DNA from: Spirochaetia bacterium
Lineage (GTDB): Bacteria; Spirochaetota; Spirochaetia; CAKZLE01
NCBI GenBank assembly: GCA_963677595.1
Contig: OY782041.1
Location: 1,056,001 to 1,120,000 of the forward strand
Direction: 5' to 3'
Length of the DNA: 64,000 bases
This document shows, piece after piece, positions 10,748-19,930 of this stretch (within the stretch, counting starts at the first letter, position 1; each line of letters opens with the position of its first letter). The notes beneath the pieces are model-generated. The model saw only the letters and a program-made list of their open reading frames with translations. It searched no databases and was not told the origin of the DNA. Made by a program: the position numbers and the translations under genes.

Positions 10748-11042
10748 CCACAGACAGGCTCCCCTCCCATGATATCCCTGTTTCCATACGAAAGGCAGGT
10801 GCAATACCGCCTCGTATGTGCTATGCTGTCCCCAGACATTTTTTGGCCTCCTGCGCTGCCTGTTCAATCGCGTTGCGAACCGCTGTTGATATGGCATCAC
10901 AGAGGGCTGGTTCTACCTTGCAACTACAGGTAGAACCATATACCCAGCTCAGGCACAGCCTGCGAGGGTCTTATGGTACCAACTTTGGCAGTTTATGCAG
11001 TAATATGGATGTAGAGCTGTTTCAGAAAGATGGAGGGGCTTC

Positions 11043-12521
11043 ATGACTTTGGAACAGATCAAGAAACTGCTTTCTCTTGGCGAAAATCAACACATTGAGT
11101 TCAAGTCCTCCATACGCAATCTTGACGGCTTGGGAAAAACTGTTTGCGGATTCCTGAATAAAGATGGCGGGTATGTGATTTGCGGTGTGACCGAGAAGGG
11201 AGAGATCATCGGAATTGATGATTCACATGATGCCCTCACTAAACTTGAGCAGTATTTGATTGAACATATCTCCCCGAAAGCGTTCGTTGCTGTTCAAGCT
11301 GAGGAATTGGATAAAAAGCTCGTACTTTCCATTGAGGTACCATTAGGTAACGATGTCCCATATGCTTTCAAAGATGTTATATATATACGTTCCGGAGAAC
11401 TCACACAGGTAGCCACGACCCAGATTATTCGCGATATAGTGATGCGTCATCAAATCGAGCCTGAACGCTGGGAACGCCGGTTTTCCATTGCTGATGTCGA
11501 GGAACATATCGACATACAAGAGGTAGGAGCGACGGTGTCAGCCGCTGCAAGTGTGCGAAGGGTGTTGTTTCGAGATGAAGGGAACCTCTCCATGGTCTTG
11601 GAAGATTTCTCGGTTGCTCGGTATGGGCGCTTAACGAACGGTGGAGATGTTCTTTTTGCTACGAACCCAGCCATCCGATTACCACAGACTCGAATCAGAG
11701 CTATGCGCTACAGCTCAGATAAAACTGGCGACAAATTCAGTGACATGAAGTCTTTCGAAGGACCGCTGTACCGTATTTTTGAGGATGCCTACTCATTTAT
11801 CATTCGCAACACTCCAAGTATTTCTACCTTCATCAAAGATAACCCTAACCGCTATGATGCTCCTCTATATCCTGAAGAAGCGGTACGCGAGGCGTTGATC
11901 AACGCTTTAGTACATCGCGACTATAGTGCAGCATCTGGAGGGGTCAGCATCCATGTGTATCCCAAACGGCTGGAAATATGGAATTCAGGGTCACTCCCAG
12001 ATGGAATAACCGAACAGAGCCTGCTCAAAGGTCAAATCTCAATACTTCGAAATCCTGATATCGCCCATGTCTTATATCTGCGGGGGCTCATGGAAAAAGC
12101 TGGCCGTGGTAGTGTGCTCATGGTGCAGAAATGCCTCGAACATGGATTACCAGCACCATGTTGGAAATCGGATCCAAAACTGGGAGTAACGGTGACATTC
12201 CTCACCCCGGAAGTCACCCCGGAAGTCACCCCGGAAGTCACCCCGGAAGTCACCCCGGAAGTCACCCCGGAAGTTACCCCGGAAGTTACCCCGGAAGTCC
12301 TGAAACTCTTGAAGCACCTTTCGGGTGCAATGAGCCGGTGGGATCTGCAGGATGCCATTGGCCTCCGGGATGCAGAGCACTTCCGGAAATCCTATATAAG
12401 ACCAGCTCTTGAGATCAATGCTATCGAGATGACGATCCCAGAGAAACCCAAGAGCAGCAAACAGCAGTACCGTATCAGTACGGTTGGCGAGCAGCTATTG
12501 GCACAGTACAGGAAGAAGTAA
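11043..12521 (+). CDS. AlbA_2/Schlafen-like DNA-binding domain + HATPase_c_4 (RecG C-terminal-like) + C-terminal winged helix protein
   Basis: GENQHIEFKS, CGFLN.DGG...CGV, YPEEAVREALINALVHRDY, EIWNSG, RNP.IA, EKAGRG, C-terminal TIPEKPKSSKQQYR. Confidence 0.85.
   Translation: MTLEQIKKLLSLGENQHIEFKSSIRNLDGLGKTVCGFLNKDGGYVICGVTEKGEIIGIDDSHDALTKLEQYLIEHISPKAFVAVQAEELDKKLVLSIEVPLGNDVPYAFKDVIYIRSGELTQVATTQIIRDIVMRHQIEPERWERRFSIADVEEHIDIQEVGATVSAAASVRRVLFRDEGNLSMVLEDFSVARYGRLTNGGDVLFATNPAIRLPQTRIRAMRYSSDKTGDKFSDMKSFEGPLYRIFEDAYSFIIRNTPSISTFIKDNPNRYDAPLYPEEAVREALINALVHRDYSAASGGVSIHVYPKRLEIWNSGSLPDGITEQSLLKGQISILRNPDIAHVLYLRGLMEKAGRGSVLMVQKCLEHGLPAPCWKSDPKLGVTVTFLTPEVTPEVTPEVTPEVTPEVTPEVTPEVTPEVLKLLKHLSGAMSRWDLQDAIGLRDAEHFRKSYIRPALEINAIEMTIPEKPKSSKQQYRISTVGEQLLAQYRKK
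12204..12299 (+). repeat. 8 x 12-bp coding tandem repeat ACCCCGGAAGTY (TPEV x8)
   Basis: Units start at 12204 and every 12 nt up to 12288. Confidence 0.95.
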
Positions 12522-12637
12522 CGCGGTCTGCTGATACGTTTCGTATAGTCTCTCATAGAGGGACAGCCTTTCTTATTCGCTTCCCTCAGGTATGTGTAAG
12601 GATGGTACGAGAATTCCCACAGCTAATCGGGCTCCAG

Positions 12638-12661
12638 GTCAGGCAGATGCTTCTGCCTGAC
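12638..12661. terminator. Hairpin between convergent genes
   Basis: GTCAGGCAGA-tgct-TCTGCCTGAC perfect 10-bp stem; no clear U-tract. Confidence 0.45.
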
Positions 12662-12674
12662 GATCCGCATACTA

Positions 12675-13745
12675 CTAGCCCTGGCCAAGCAGCAGGTCTA
12701 TCAGCTTCGTATTGAGATAATAATTACTTCGTCCAAGTCTCAGTTTTTCCAGGACCCCCTGGTCAACGAGAAGATCCAGATACCGTACAGCCGTGATTCG
12801 GGAAACATCCAATTCAGTCATCACGAACCCGATCCTGGTGTAGGGATGGTTGAACAGGTTGTTCAGCAGTTCATGCCGGTATTTTCCTCCCAACAGATCA
12901 CGAAGCTTGTCCTTGGTATTCGCCATGAGGGATACGATGCCTTTTACCAGGACGATCGATTCATGTGCAGTCTGCCTGACCCCCTCGAGGAGGAAGAGGA
13001 TCCATTCCTCCCAGCTCTGTTCATCCCGGACTCCCTGCAGCAATCGATAGTATTCCTGCTTGTTCTGGATGATATAACGACTCAAGTAGAGTATCGGAAG
13101 ATCCAGCAAATCCTTGCTTACCAGATAGAGTATGTTGATGATCCGCCCCGTCCGGCCGTTCCCGTCATAGAACGGGTGGATGCTCTCGAATTGGTGATGA
13201 ATGATCGCCATCTTGATCAGGGGATCCAGGTCAGAGACCGACTCATCATTCATGAACCGTTCCAGGTTAGCCATATGTCTCTCAATATCGGCCCGGTTCT
13301 GGGGGGGAGTATACACGACCTTTCCATCCTGATCCTGAAGTGTCGTACCGGGAACACTCCTGAAGCCAGCCCTGTTCTGCTCCAGGATCTCCTGGATCCC
13401 TATGATCATCGAGGTAGTGAGCAGGCTGGTTCTTCTCATCCTGCTGAACCCTGTTTTTAGGGCTTCAGCATATTGCAACACCTCTTTTGTCGCACTGGTA
13501 ATCCTCACATGCTGCATACTCAGGTCAGCTTTAAATAGCTCATCCTGGGTTGTGGTGATATTCTCAACGGCGGAACTGTCTTTTGCCTCCTGCAGCGCCA
13601 AGGTGTTGATGAGAATACTCTCATTGGGGATCGTGTGAGCTATCCCTTTGAGTTCTGCAAGTTTTGCACGAGCCTGGATGAGTTTCTTCATGATAGGAAC
13701 CGTTTCAAACGAATAGGTCAGAGGCAAATCTGGTATGGCATACAT
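12675..13745 (-). CDS. Fic family protein (SoFic-like, with Fic_N and C-terminal HTH)
   Basis: HPFYDGNGRTGR catalytic motif; SSAVENI inhibitory-helix-like motif. Confidence 0.92.
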   Translation of the reverse strand: MYAIPDLPLTYSFETVPIMKKLIQARAKLAELKGIAHTIPNESILINTLALQEAKDSSAVENITTTQDELFKADLSMQHVRITSATKEVLQYAEALKTGFSRMRRTSLLTTSMIIGIQEILEQNRAGFRSVPGTTLQDQDGKVVYTPPQNRADIERHMANLERFMNDESVSDLDPLIKMAIIHHQFESIHPFYDGNGRTGRIINILYLVSKDLLDLPILYLSRYIIQNKQEYYRLLQGVRDEQSWEEWILFLLEGVRQTAHESIVLVKGIVSLMANTKDKLRDLLGGKYRHELLNNLFNHPYTRIGFVMTELDVSRITAVRYLDLLVDQGVLEKLRLGRSNYYLNTKLIDLLLGQG

Positions 13746-13767
13746 CGGCAGACTCCTATGGGAGTGA

Positions 13768-13881
13768 ATATGTATAGATTTCTCTTCTTTCTATACACAT
13801 ATTCATTATATGTATAGTTTTTCCCGATTTCTATACATATCATGAGGAATATAGGAAGAAATCGGGGAAAACTGATACATA
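13768..13881. repeat. Operator-like inverted/direct repeats upstream of fic
   Basis: ATATGTATAG-N13-CTATAC(A/C)AT twice at 40-bp period (13768, 13808), plus an inverted copy AGAAATCGGGGAAAACT near 13857. Confidence 0.7.
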
Positions 13882-13882
13882 T

Positions 13883-14635
13883 CTACCGTCCGCAGACGAA
13901 GAAGAGCCTCCCCTCCTGGGCCTCGGCGAGCGGTATCTCCGTATCGACTAACTGCTCATCCTCATCATAGACCTTCACATCGGGAAAGATCGGGGTCACG
14001 GCATCGATCACCTGCTGCGCGGTCGGCGCGAACTCGGTGATCCGGTCGGTGTATCGGGTGAAGGAGTCTTCCTGCTCCTGCTTGAAGATGGTGACATCGA
14101 AATGGAAGAGCCCGGTCCCGTCGGCGTGGGCCTCATCCTCGACCACATCCATGATCAAAGTGTCCTCCTCCCCGAAGGAGCGTATGACCGGCGGGAAGAG
14201 CGCGAGCCTGCCCAGCCGTTCAGGGGTGTTCATGTCGAAGATGCAGAGGCCTTCGGGGGAGAGGTGTTCCTTCATCCGGTTGAAGGTCCTCACCCAGCCG
14301 GGAAAGGTCTGCAGGTGGTTGAGGGAGTCGAAGAGACAATAGATCAGGTCGAACTCCCCCGGGATGGTGAAATCCCGCATGTCCTGTTCGTAGAACGTAG
14401 CATCCGGGAGCCGCTCTCTTGCATGCCCGAGCATCGCCGGGCTTATATCAAGGCCGGCGATGCTCTCGAACTCGTCCCCGATGAGCTCGAGGATCCTGCC
14501 GGTCCCGCAGCCAAGCTCGAGGACCGAGTCATGGTTCACCAGCCGGGTATCGATCATCTCATGGAGGAAGTGATCGCACCAGCTGTAATCCTGCATCGCC
14601 TGGTCATAGAAAGCGGAAAAGGTATCATAGGTCAT
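13883..14635 (-). CDS. Class I SAM-dependent methyltransferase
   Basis: VLELGCGTG, GLDISPAML, QDMRDF, CLFDSLNH, GLCIFD. Confidence 0.9.
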   Translation of the reverse strand: MTYDTFSAFYDQAMQDYSWCDHFLHEMIDTRLVNHDSVLELGCGTGRILELIGDEFESIAGLDISPAMLGHARERLPDATFYEQDMRDFTIPGEFDLIYCLFDSLNHLQTFPGWVRTFNRMKEHLSPEGLCIFDMNTPERLGRLALFPPVIRSFGEEDTLIMDVVEDEAHADGTGLFHFDVTIFKQEQEDSFTRYTDRITEFAPTAQQVIDAVTPIFPDVKVYDEDEQLVDTEIPLAEAQEGRLFFVCGR

Positions 14636-14803
14636 AGGATGCATCCCTCTGTCTCCAGTATAGCACATCGGCTGCGGAGCATGAGGTACCAACCCTATAG
14701 GGATTATGATGATTATACAAGAGTATCGCAGTATATGCATTCTTCACAGGGAAATGGCCGGGTGAACATCGACACAGAGCCGTGAATCAGGTACTATTTG
14801 CAC

Positions 14804-15955
14804 ATGGAGTTCATGAACCAGGTATTCATCAATGTGTTCTCAGTCATCCTCGTCATCGCGACGCTCATCTCATTGGGGCGGCCCGCATGGAAGGCAGGCC
14901 CTGAGACAACACCTGACATGAACCTCTACCGATACTTCGCCATCTCCATAAGCACCATCATGCTCGTGGATGCGGTCCTCTGGTACATAGACAGCCATCC
15001 CCTAAGCACCGGACGGCCGATACATATCGTCCTCTACATCATCTACTACGGCCTGCAGCTCGCACCTTCATCGATCTACATCCTCTATACTGAATTCCAT
15101 CTCTACGAGAGCATGGTGAGGATCAGGAAAGCCCTGCGGGTAATCATCCCGGCGAATCTACTCATCGTCCTGATCTCCGTCACGTCTCCCTGGACAGGGA
15201 TCTTCTTCACCATAGACCAGGCAAACGGCTACACCAGGGGCTATGCCATCATCCCGTTGTTCGCCTTCATCGCCCTCATGACCATGCTTGGGCTCACCCT
15301 CGTGATCGTGAGCAGGAAGAAAGTGCCGAGCAAGACAGCACTCACGTTGTTGCTCTTCCCACTCTTCTCCCTCACCGGAGGGATCATCCAGGCGCTCAAC
15401 TTCGGTGTGGTCATGGTCTGGCCGAGCTGCGTCATCTTCGTCATCGCAGCTGCGCTGAACATCCAGAAAGAACAGATCCATACCGACCACCTCACCGGCC
15501 TCATGAACCGGCGCCGACTTGAACAGGAACTGTTCCAGTCACTGCATAACGCCACAAAGGCCCTCGGCGGTATCCTCATCGACCTGAACGACTTCAAGCA
15601 GATCAACGATACCTGGGGGCACCATGTGGGGGACCGGGCACTGCAGGAAGCCGCGGAGATCCTCCGCCATGCAGCAGGGCCGAAGGATATCATCGCCCGG
15701 GTCGGGGGAGATGAGTTCATCCTGCTCTCCCCCGGGGGCGATGCATCCCATCTCGAGCAGATCAGGGAACAGATCAGCTACCTGGCAACCCTTCACAAAC
15801 TTGATGAGACCCACCCATACAGCCTCTCCTTCAGCATGGGAAGCGACCTGTACGACGAGGACCGGGACCACCAGGGAGAGACATTCCTTATGCACCTCGA
15901 CAACCTGATGTACCAGGAGAAGGCAGCCTACAAGAGCAGGAAACTCAGCGAATAG
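14804..15955 (+). CDS. Membrane-bound diguanylate cyclase
   Basis: About seven TM segments then DHLTGLMNRR, DLNDFKQINDTWGH..GD, ARVGGDEF. Confidence 0.92.
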   Translation: MEFMNQVFINVFSVILVIATLISLGRPAWKAGPETTPDMNLYRYFAISISTIMLVDAVLWYIDSHPLSTGRPIHIVLYIIYYGLQLAPSSIYILYTEFHLYESMVRIRKALRVIIPANLLIVLISVTSPWTGIFFTIDQANGYTRGYAIIPLFAFIALMTMLGLTLVIVSRKKVPSKTALTLLLFPLFSLTGGIIQALNFGVVMVWPSCVIFVIAAALNIQKEQIHTDHLTGLMNRRRLEQELFQSLHNATKALGGILIDLNDFKQINDTWGHHVGDRALQEAAEILRHAAGPKDIIARVGGDEFILLSPGGDASHLEQIREQISYLATLHKLDETHPYSLSFSMGSDLYDEDRDHQGETFLMHLDNLMYQEKAAYKSRKLSE

Positions 15956-16058
15956 AGATCCAACCAACCCGCTAACTGAAGTTTCACAAAGAACTTACAG
16001 AAAAACTCTGGCATTCAGGGCTATTACCTGCGATAATTGCATACAAGGAGGAGCGCTT

Positions 16059-16514
16059 ATGGGAAAGATCATATTCGTCTATGATACCCAGTTCGGGAAC
16101 ACCAGGGAGCTCGCAGAACACATGTGCTCAGAGCTAGAGAAAAACCATACGACCTCACTGTTCCATATAGAGGAGATCCCGCCCGAGGAGCTCAGCTCAC
16201 CAGACCTGATCGTCATCGGGACCCCCACCCACGGGGGAAGGCCGACCCCGCCCGTTGACAAACTCCTGCAGCAGGTACAGAAAGACATCCCCGTTGCAGT
16301 CTTCGATACCAGTACCTCCCCCGTTGGGGAGAGCCGGTTCCTCAAGTTCATCATCCGCTTCTTCGGCTATGCCTCCACCCGCATGGAGAAGAGCCTGAAG
16401 AACCGCGGCATCACCGTCCCAGGCGCATCGACCTTCCTTGTCACAGGACGAGAGGGTCCGATCATCGAAGGGGAAAAGGAACGGGCGGTCACCTGGGTGA
16501 AGTCCCTGCTGTGA
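16059..16514 (+). CDS. Flavodoxin-like protein
   Basis: YDTQFGNT, IGTPTH, AVFDT, GPIIEGEKERA..W. Confidence 0.85.
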   Translation: MGKIIFVYDTQFGNTRELAEHMCSELEKNHTTSLFHIEEIPPEELSSPDLIVIGTPTHGGRPTPPVDKLLQQVQKDIPVAVFDTSTSPVGESRFLKFIIRFFGYASTRMEKSLKNRGITVPGASTFLVTGREGPIIEGEKERAVTWVKSLL

Positions 16515-16582
16515 CGAAAATTCCTCCCTCTTTCCTGTTCAGCGGACTTGAAGTAATCCTCCCAAACCACTAGTCTTTTCCC

Positions 16583-17317
16583 ATGAGTTTGACCTATGAG
16601 ATAGACCACTACGGGGGGGCGATCATCGCAGCTCCTGACCAGATACTGCCCTCCCCTGAGTTCGCAGCCCTCCTGCAGACTACGCTTGCCGTATTGAAGC
16701 AGGAAGAAAGGCGGCTTGCTTGGCTCTTTCTTCCTGTATCGCATGCATCCCTCGTCGGGGCGGCTGTGCAGCTCGGCTTCCTTTACCATCATGCCGATGA
16801 GAAGGGACTGCAGCTTTTCTGCCGCCTTGTACCCGATGCATTCGTCCCGGGCTACGCGACCCATTACATCGGGGCCGGCGGGGTGGTCATCGACGATGAG
16901 AGCCGGATCCTGACCATCCAGGAGCGGTACCATACCAGGAAGCACTACAAGCTTCCCGGGGGTGCCCTGGACCCGAACGAGCATATATCGGCAGGGGTCG
17001 TACGTGAGGTCTTCGAGGAGACCGGCATCCAGACCGAGTTCCTCTCGCTGAACTGCTTCAGGCACTGGCACGGCTACCGTTACGGCAAGTCCGACATCTA
17101 CTTCATCTGCCGGCTCAAGCCCCTCAGCCATGAGATTATCATGGATACCTCTGAGATCTCCGAGGCACTGTGGATGCCGGTGGAGCAGTTCCTCAGCCAC
17201 CCCGATACCCATCCCTTCAACCGAAAGATCGTCACCACCGCATTGAAAGAACCTGGGCTGCACATCGAGCAGCTAGAGGGGTATGGGACGCTTGAGACCC
17301 ATGAGATGATGTTCTGA
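16583..17317 (+). CDS. Nudix hydrolase with N-terminal pre-Nudix domain (NUDT6-like)
   Basis: GFLYHHA, PGYATHYIGAGG, Nudix box GG..DPNE....GVVREVFEETG, GKSDIYF. Confidence 0.85.
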   Translation: MSLTYEIDHYGGAIIAAPDQILPSPEFAALLQTTLAVLKQEERRLAWLFLPVSHASLVGAAVQLGFLYHHADEKGLQLFCRLVPDAFVPGYATHYIGAGGVVIDDESRILTIQERYHTRKHYKLPGGALDPNEHISAGVVREVFEETGIQTEFLSLNCFRHWHGYRYGKSDIYFICRLKPLSHEIIMDTSEISEALWMPVEQFLSHPDTHPFNRKIVTTALKEPGLHIEQLEGYGTLETHEMMF

Positions 17318-17422
17318 TCAAGCCTACATTTTCGTAGGCTTGTCGTGAATATCCTTACATTTATGTAGATACCAAAGACCACAGATCCCTCCTCATCGCC
17401 CTGCAGGGGCGTAACTCATGGT

Positions 17423-17437
17423 TGGCATGTAATTTGC
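17423..17437 (+). promoter_or_regulatory. sigma54 promoter of amtB-glnK
   Basis: TGGCATGTAATTTGC = GG-N10-GC, 55 nt upstream of the amtB ATG. Confidence 0.72.
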
Positions 17438-17491
17438 TGCGATTTAGGCGGAGCACAACATACAACACACATATGATGAGGAGAGATCACT

Positions 17492-18709
17492 ATGACAATC
17501 GACACAGGGACCACTGCGTGGATGCTCACGTCCACTGCACTGGTCCTGCTCATGGTTCCAGGCCTTGCCATGTTCTATGGCGGACTGGTCCGGACAAAGA
17601 ACGTACTGGGCACGATGATGCACAGTTTCACGGCCATGGCCGTGATCGGGGTCCTCTGGGCCGTCGCAGGATACGCACTGACCTTCGGCAGGTCGATCGG
17701 GGGAGTCATCGGATGGGACCCCTCATACCTGCTGCTGAACGGGCCGTTCAACAACATGATAGACAACGGGAACGGGGAATACATCCCCGAGATCGTGTTC
17801 GTCATGTTCCAGGGGAAGTTCGCCATCATCACGCCGGCGCTCATCTCGGGTGCCCTTGCCGAACGGGTCAAGTTCCGCAGCTACACGATATTCATCACTC
17901 TCTGGACCCTGTTCGTCTACTTCCCGCTCGCACACTGGATCTGGGGAGGGGGCTTCCTCACCGGTGAGGCAATCGACTTCGCCGGGGGAACGGTCATCCA
18001 CATCTCAGCGGGAGTCGCAGGACTCGTGACTGCCATCTTCCTCGGCAGCAGGATCGGCTATCCGAAGAATATGATGCGGCCGAACAACCTCGTCTTCACC
18101 ATGATCGGGGCTGGCCTCCTCTGGGTTGGCTGGTTCGGCTTCAACGCGGGATCGAGCATCGCGAGCAACGCGACGACCGGGCAGGCCCTGGCCGTGACCC
18201 AGATCTCTGCCGCCTCAGGGGCACTCTCCTGGATGCTCATCGAGGCAATCATCCACAAGAAGGTGACCAGTCTCGGGCTGGCTTCAGGGATCCTAGCAGG
18301 CCTCGTCGCAATCACCCCTGCGGCAGGGGCTGTCGCCCCCTGGGGAGCCATGGTCCTGGGCATCGTCGCATCGGTCATCTGCTACTTCGCCCTGCGGGTC
18401 AAGGAGAGGCTCGGGTATGACGACTCGCTGGATGTCTTTGGCATCCACGGCATGGCAGGGATCTTCGGCGCGATCTGCCTCACCTTCGTCATGAAGCCCG
18501 GGGCGACCGAGTTCACGCTGCTGCAGCAGCTGAAGTACCAGGTCTCCGGGGTCGTGATCGCCATCGTCTACACGACCGTGGTGACCCTGCTGATCGTCCT
18601 GCTCATCAATAAGGTCTGGGGCTTCAGGCTCAACCCTGCAGCGGAGAAAGCCGGGATCGACCACCATGAACACGGCGAGCACGGCTACGGGTTCGTGAAC
18701 CTCGATTAG
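17492..18709 (+). CDS. amtB: Ammonium transporter
   Basis: MVPGLAMFYGG, FQGKFAIIT, DFAGGTVIH, LLWVGWFGFNAGS, DDSLDVFGIHG. Confidence 0.96.
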   Translation: MTIDTGTTAWMLTSTALVLLMVPGLAMFYGGLVRTKNVLGTMMHSFTAMAVIGVLWAVAGYALTFGRSIGGVIGWDPSYLLLNGPFNNMIDNGNGEYIPEIVFVMFQGKFAIITPALISGALAERVKFRSYTIFITLWTLFVYFPLAHWIWGGGFLTGEAIDFAGGTVIHISAGVAGLVTAIFLGSRIGYPKNMMRPNNLVFTMIGAGLLWVGWFGFNAGSSIASNATTGQALAVTQISAASGALSWMLIEAIIHKKVTSLGLASGILAGLVAITPAAGAVAPWGAMVLGIVASVICYFALRVKERLGYDDSLDVFGIHGMAGIFGAICLTFVMKPGATEFTLLQQLKYQVSGVVIAIVYTTVVTLLIVLLINKVWGFRLNPAAEKAGIDHHEHGEHGYGFVNLD

Positions 18710-18724
18710 GAAGGAGACCATCAC

Positions 18725-19066
18725 ATGAAACTGATCACAGCAATCATCCAGCCCGACAAGCTCGATGAAGTGCGGGAAGCGCTCATCGAAGCGGAGATCG
18801 AGCGGATCACCGTGAGCCGGGTGACCGGTCACGGCAAGCAGGAAGATATAGACCTCTACCGTGGACGGAAGATCATCCCGAACCTGATCCCCAAGATCGA
18901 GATCAAGATCGCCTGCAACGACGAGTTCGTCCAGGTCACCATCGACGCCATCATGAAGTCAGCACGCCATAATGACGGGGCCGTCGGGGACGGAAAGATC
19001 TTCGTCACCCCCCTCGAGGAGTGCTACCGTATCAGGACCGGCGAATCGGGCGGTGAGGCGATCTGA
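18725..19066 (+). CDS. glnK: P-II nitrogen regulator
   Basis: MKLITAIIQP, YRG, GDGKIFV, RIRTGE; directly downstream of amtB. Confidence 0.9.
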   Translation: MKLITAIIQPDKLDEVREALIEAEIERITVSRVTGHGKQEDIDLYRGRKIIPNLIPKIEIKIACNDEFVQVTIDAIMKSARHNDGAVGDGKIFVTPLEECYRIRTGESGGEAI

Positions 19067-19074
19067 CAGGCCCA

Positions 19075-19710
19075 TCAGTAGCCCAGGCTCTCCCCGACCA
19101 GGATGACATGTATCCTGTCAGGCATCCGGGAGTGCCTGGTCACTGTGGTATGACAGCAGATGCAGTCAGCACTGTGGCAGTCCCCGCAGAAGCCGGTGAC
19201 CGAGCAGGGGGTCTTGAGGTCCAGACGGTTAGTGTTTGCTGGAGAGGCAATGTTCTTCACCCTGCTGACTGCCTCTGTCTCGTTGACCACCACCTTGTTC
19301 ATCCCGGCGAAGACGATGACCCGCTCCGGCCCGAAGATCATAGCCGCTACACGGTTGCCGTTCCCGTCGATATTCACAAGCTTCCCATCCATGGTGATCG
19401 CGTTGGTACTCGTGAGGTAGACATCGGCTGAGAAGGCCTGGCGGTACATCGCCATCTTCTGCGCACCGTCCTTCGCCGTACTGCGGTCGATGACCGTGAC
19501 ATCCCGGGTAGAGAGACTCTCCTTGATCCCCACCTCATCGAGGGTCACAGACCCTCCCCAGGTGATCACCGACCCGTCGGCGATGAGGGTATGGGCCAGC
19601 TTCACAGCCTCCTCACGATCTTTGACATAGTAGCCGTTTATCTTCCCCTTCCCCAGCGCCTTGATGATGGCGGCTGCCTTATGCTCATATGACTGCTGCA
19701 ATGGTGTCAT
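19075..19710 (-). CDS. LUD domain (lactate utilization) protein
   Basis: GGSVTL, TNAITMDG.LVNIDGNGNRVA, TPC..TG.C.DC.S.DCIC, LVGESLGY. Confidence 0.85.
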   Translation of the reverse strand: MTPLQQSYEHKAAAIIKALGKGKINGYYVKDREEAVKLAHTLIADGSVITWGGSVTLDEVGIKESLSTRDVTVIDRSTAKDGAQKMAMYRQAFSADVYLTSTNAITMDGKLVNIDGNGNRVAAMIFGPERVIVFAGMNKVVVNETEAVSRVKNIASPANTNRLDLKTPCSVTGFCGDCHSADCICCHTTVTRHSRMPDRIHVILVGESLGY

Positions 19711-19930
19711 GGTCTCCCTCCTGATAATCTACAGTATGTACTTCCTATCATACAGGATTATGCATTATGAGGCTATCACCTGTGATCAGGTCCGATCCCT
19801 CGAATCTTGCAGTATCCCCTATACTGCATCACAAGCACCATATACCTATATCCTGTGAAAGCAGCTAGTTTTGAATCAAATTGACCTGAATCCTGTTTGT
19901 AGTAGATATACAAACCTAGGAGGAACCCGC

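Noticed and set aside
10750-11040. Small ORFs upstream of the AlbA_2 gene
   Set aside because: No motif or convincing RBS; left unannotated.
12032-12412. Repeat-rich ORFs (VTSG, PGSH, FRGD)
   Set aside because: Alternative-frame readings of the 12-bp TPEV repeat.
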